Positions 63,141 through 64,000 of a stretch of 64,000 nucleotides of DNA are shown one piece after another; positions within the stretch are counted from its first letter, which is position 1, and each line of letters starts with the position of its first letter. Source of the stretch: Takakia lepidozioides (taxonomy: Eukaryota > Plantae > Bryophyta); assembly GCA_030704615.1 (NCBI GenBank), contig CM060733.1, forward strand, positions 49,104,001 to 49,168,000, given 5' to 3'. A program made the position numbers and the translations under genes. The notes beneath the pieces were generated by a model that did no database searches, was not told the DNA's origin, and worked only from the letters and a program-made list of their open reading frames with translations.

Positions 63141-64000
63141 ATTAGGTCGTGGTTGACCATGCATATTTTAATATACAGTTTTATTCTCTACATAATTAAA
63201 TATTGCACCGCGCACAGCTGTGCTAGTGGATGCAAACTGAAGCAGCGCCGTGTGGCTACGACCCCACCACACCCCTCTTTGTGCACACGCTCACGCCTGG
63301 ACCCCTGGGTCCCAACGGTTCCACCAATCAGCGTGCGCCCAAGTGGCGCAAGCCTCCACAGTCCACACCCCAGGATTCGATTCCCGCTCCCACCACAGTG
63401 GGCCAGATGCAGTGTATGCGTGTTTAGTAACTACCAGCTACAAGTGGTAAGGATCTCTGCTACTAGAGTAGGTGCTGGCTTAACATAGCTACGTCTCGTG
63501 GCTACTCACAGGGTGCTTCCAACATTGCTTTTCATTTTAACTCTAGGTCATTATAATCTTGGTCTAACTAGGGTTAAATTTTGCCCACACGCAAACACAA
63601 AGGTTCCCCCGCGATTGTATTGCTGCCTTATTATGGACCTTCATTTTTTTAATTTTTTTCTTTTAATTCGATTAGCTGTCCCTTTCGATTTTCAAGAAAA
63701 AATAAAAAAGTAAAAAACCTAGATAGGATACATCCCCTAGGTTTAAAAATGGGGACTAGATAATGTACAAGTGGGATTTGACTCGATGCCTCAGTGAAGC
63801 AAAGATTGACACTATATCTTTACCCCTTTCTTAATTCTCCCCTTCATTAATAATGAATATTATAATAAATAAATATTCAAGCCTTTTGCTTCTTAAAATG
63901 AGATAATTTTATCCAGGGCCTATGTCCCCCTGTTCACAAAATAAAAATAAAAATAAAAGTTATTCTTAAAGTCAGGCCCATTTTGGTCCCCACTTTGGAC

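Noticed and set aside
63340-63395. tRNA or tRNA-derived SINE (GGATTCGATTCC, ending CCACCA)
   Set aside because: Only a T-loop-like motif; could not fold a cloverleaf or find a TSD or tail.

Overview
Eukaryotic nuclear DNA, most likely from a non-seed land plant (spliceosomal introns, PLS-type PPR remnant, plant-type DPE1, UGT, RPB10 and cis-prenyltransferase; the taxon is an inference). The first ~23 kb is a nest of transposons dominated by an unusual Mutator-like (MULE) family. Element B (~973-12313) carries a decayed GCM-like/MULE-DDE/SWIM transposase on + and, divergently on -, a multi-exon gene joining a ParB/Srx-like domain to a beta-class N6A/N4C DNA-methyltransferase-like domain. About 19 copies of a 36-bp hairpin palindrome lie inside that gene's first intron. 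Element A (13870-21548, plus a near-identical inverted partial copy at 1-972) keeps an open ParB-like gene, a SWIM-only ORF and an array of a different palindrome. Two small derivatives with 9-bp TSDs (54982-56062, 56121-56874) share the same 21-bp terminal architecture and support the MULE assignment. Other mobile DNA includes a Harbinger remnant, several LINE remnants, a hAT remnant and a hAT MITE. Host genes are a two-exon secreted Cys-containing protein, an orphan 307-aa ORF, an intronless DPE1 lacking an obvious transit peptide, a truncated UGT, and RPB10 head-to-head with a cis-prenyltransferase. All domain calls are by-eye motif recognition; no searches were run.
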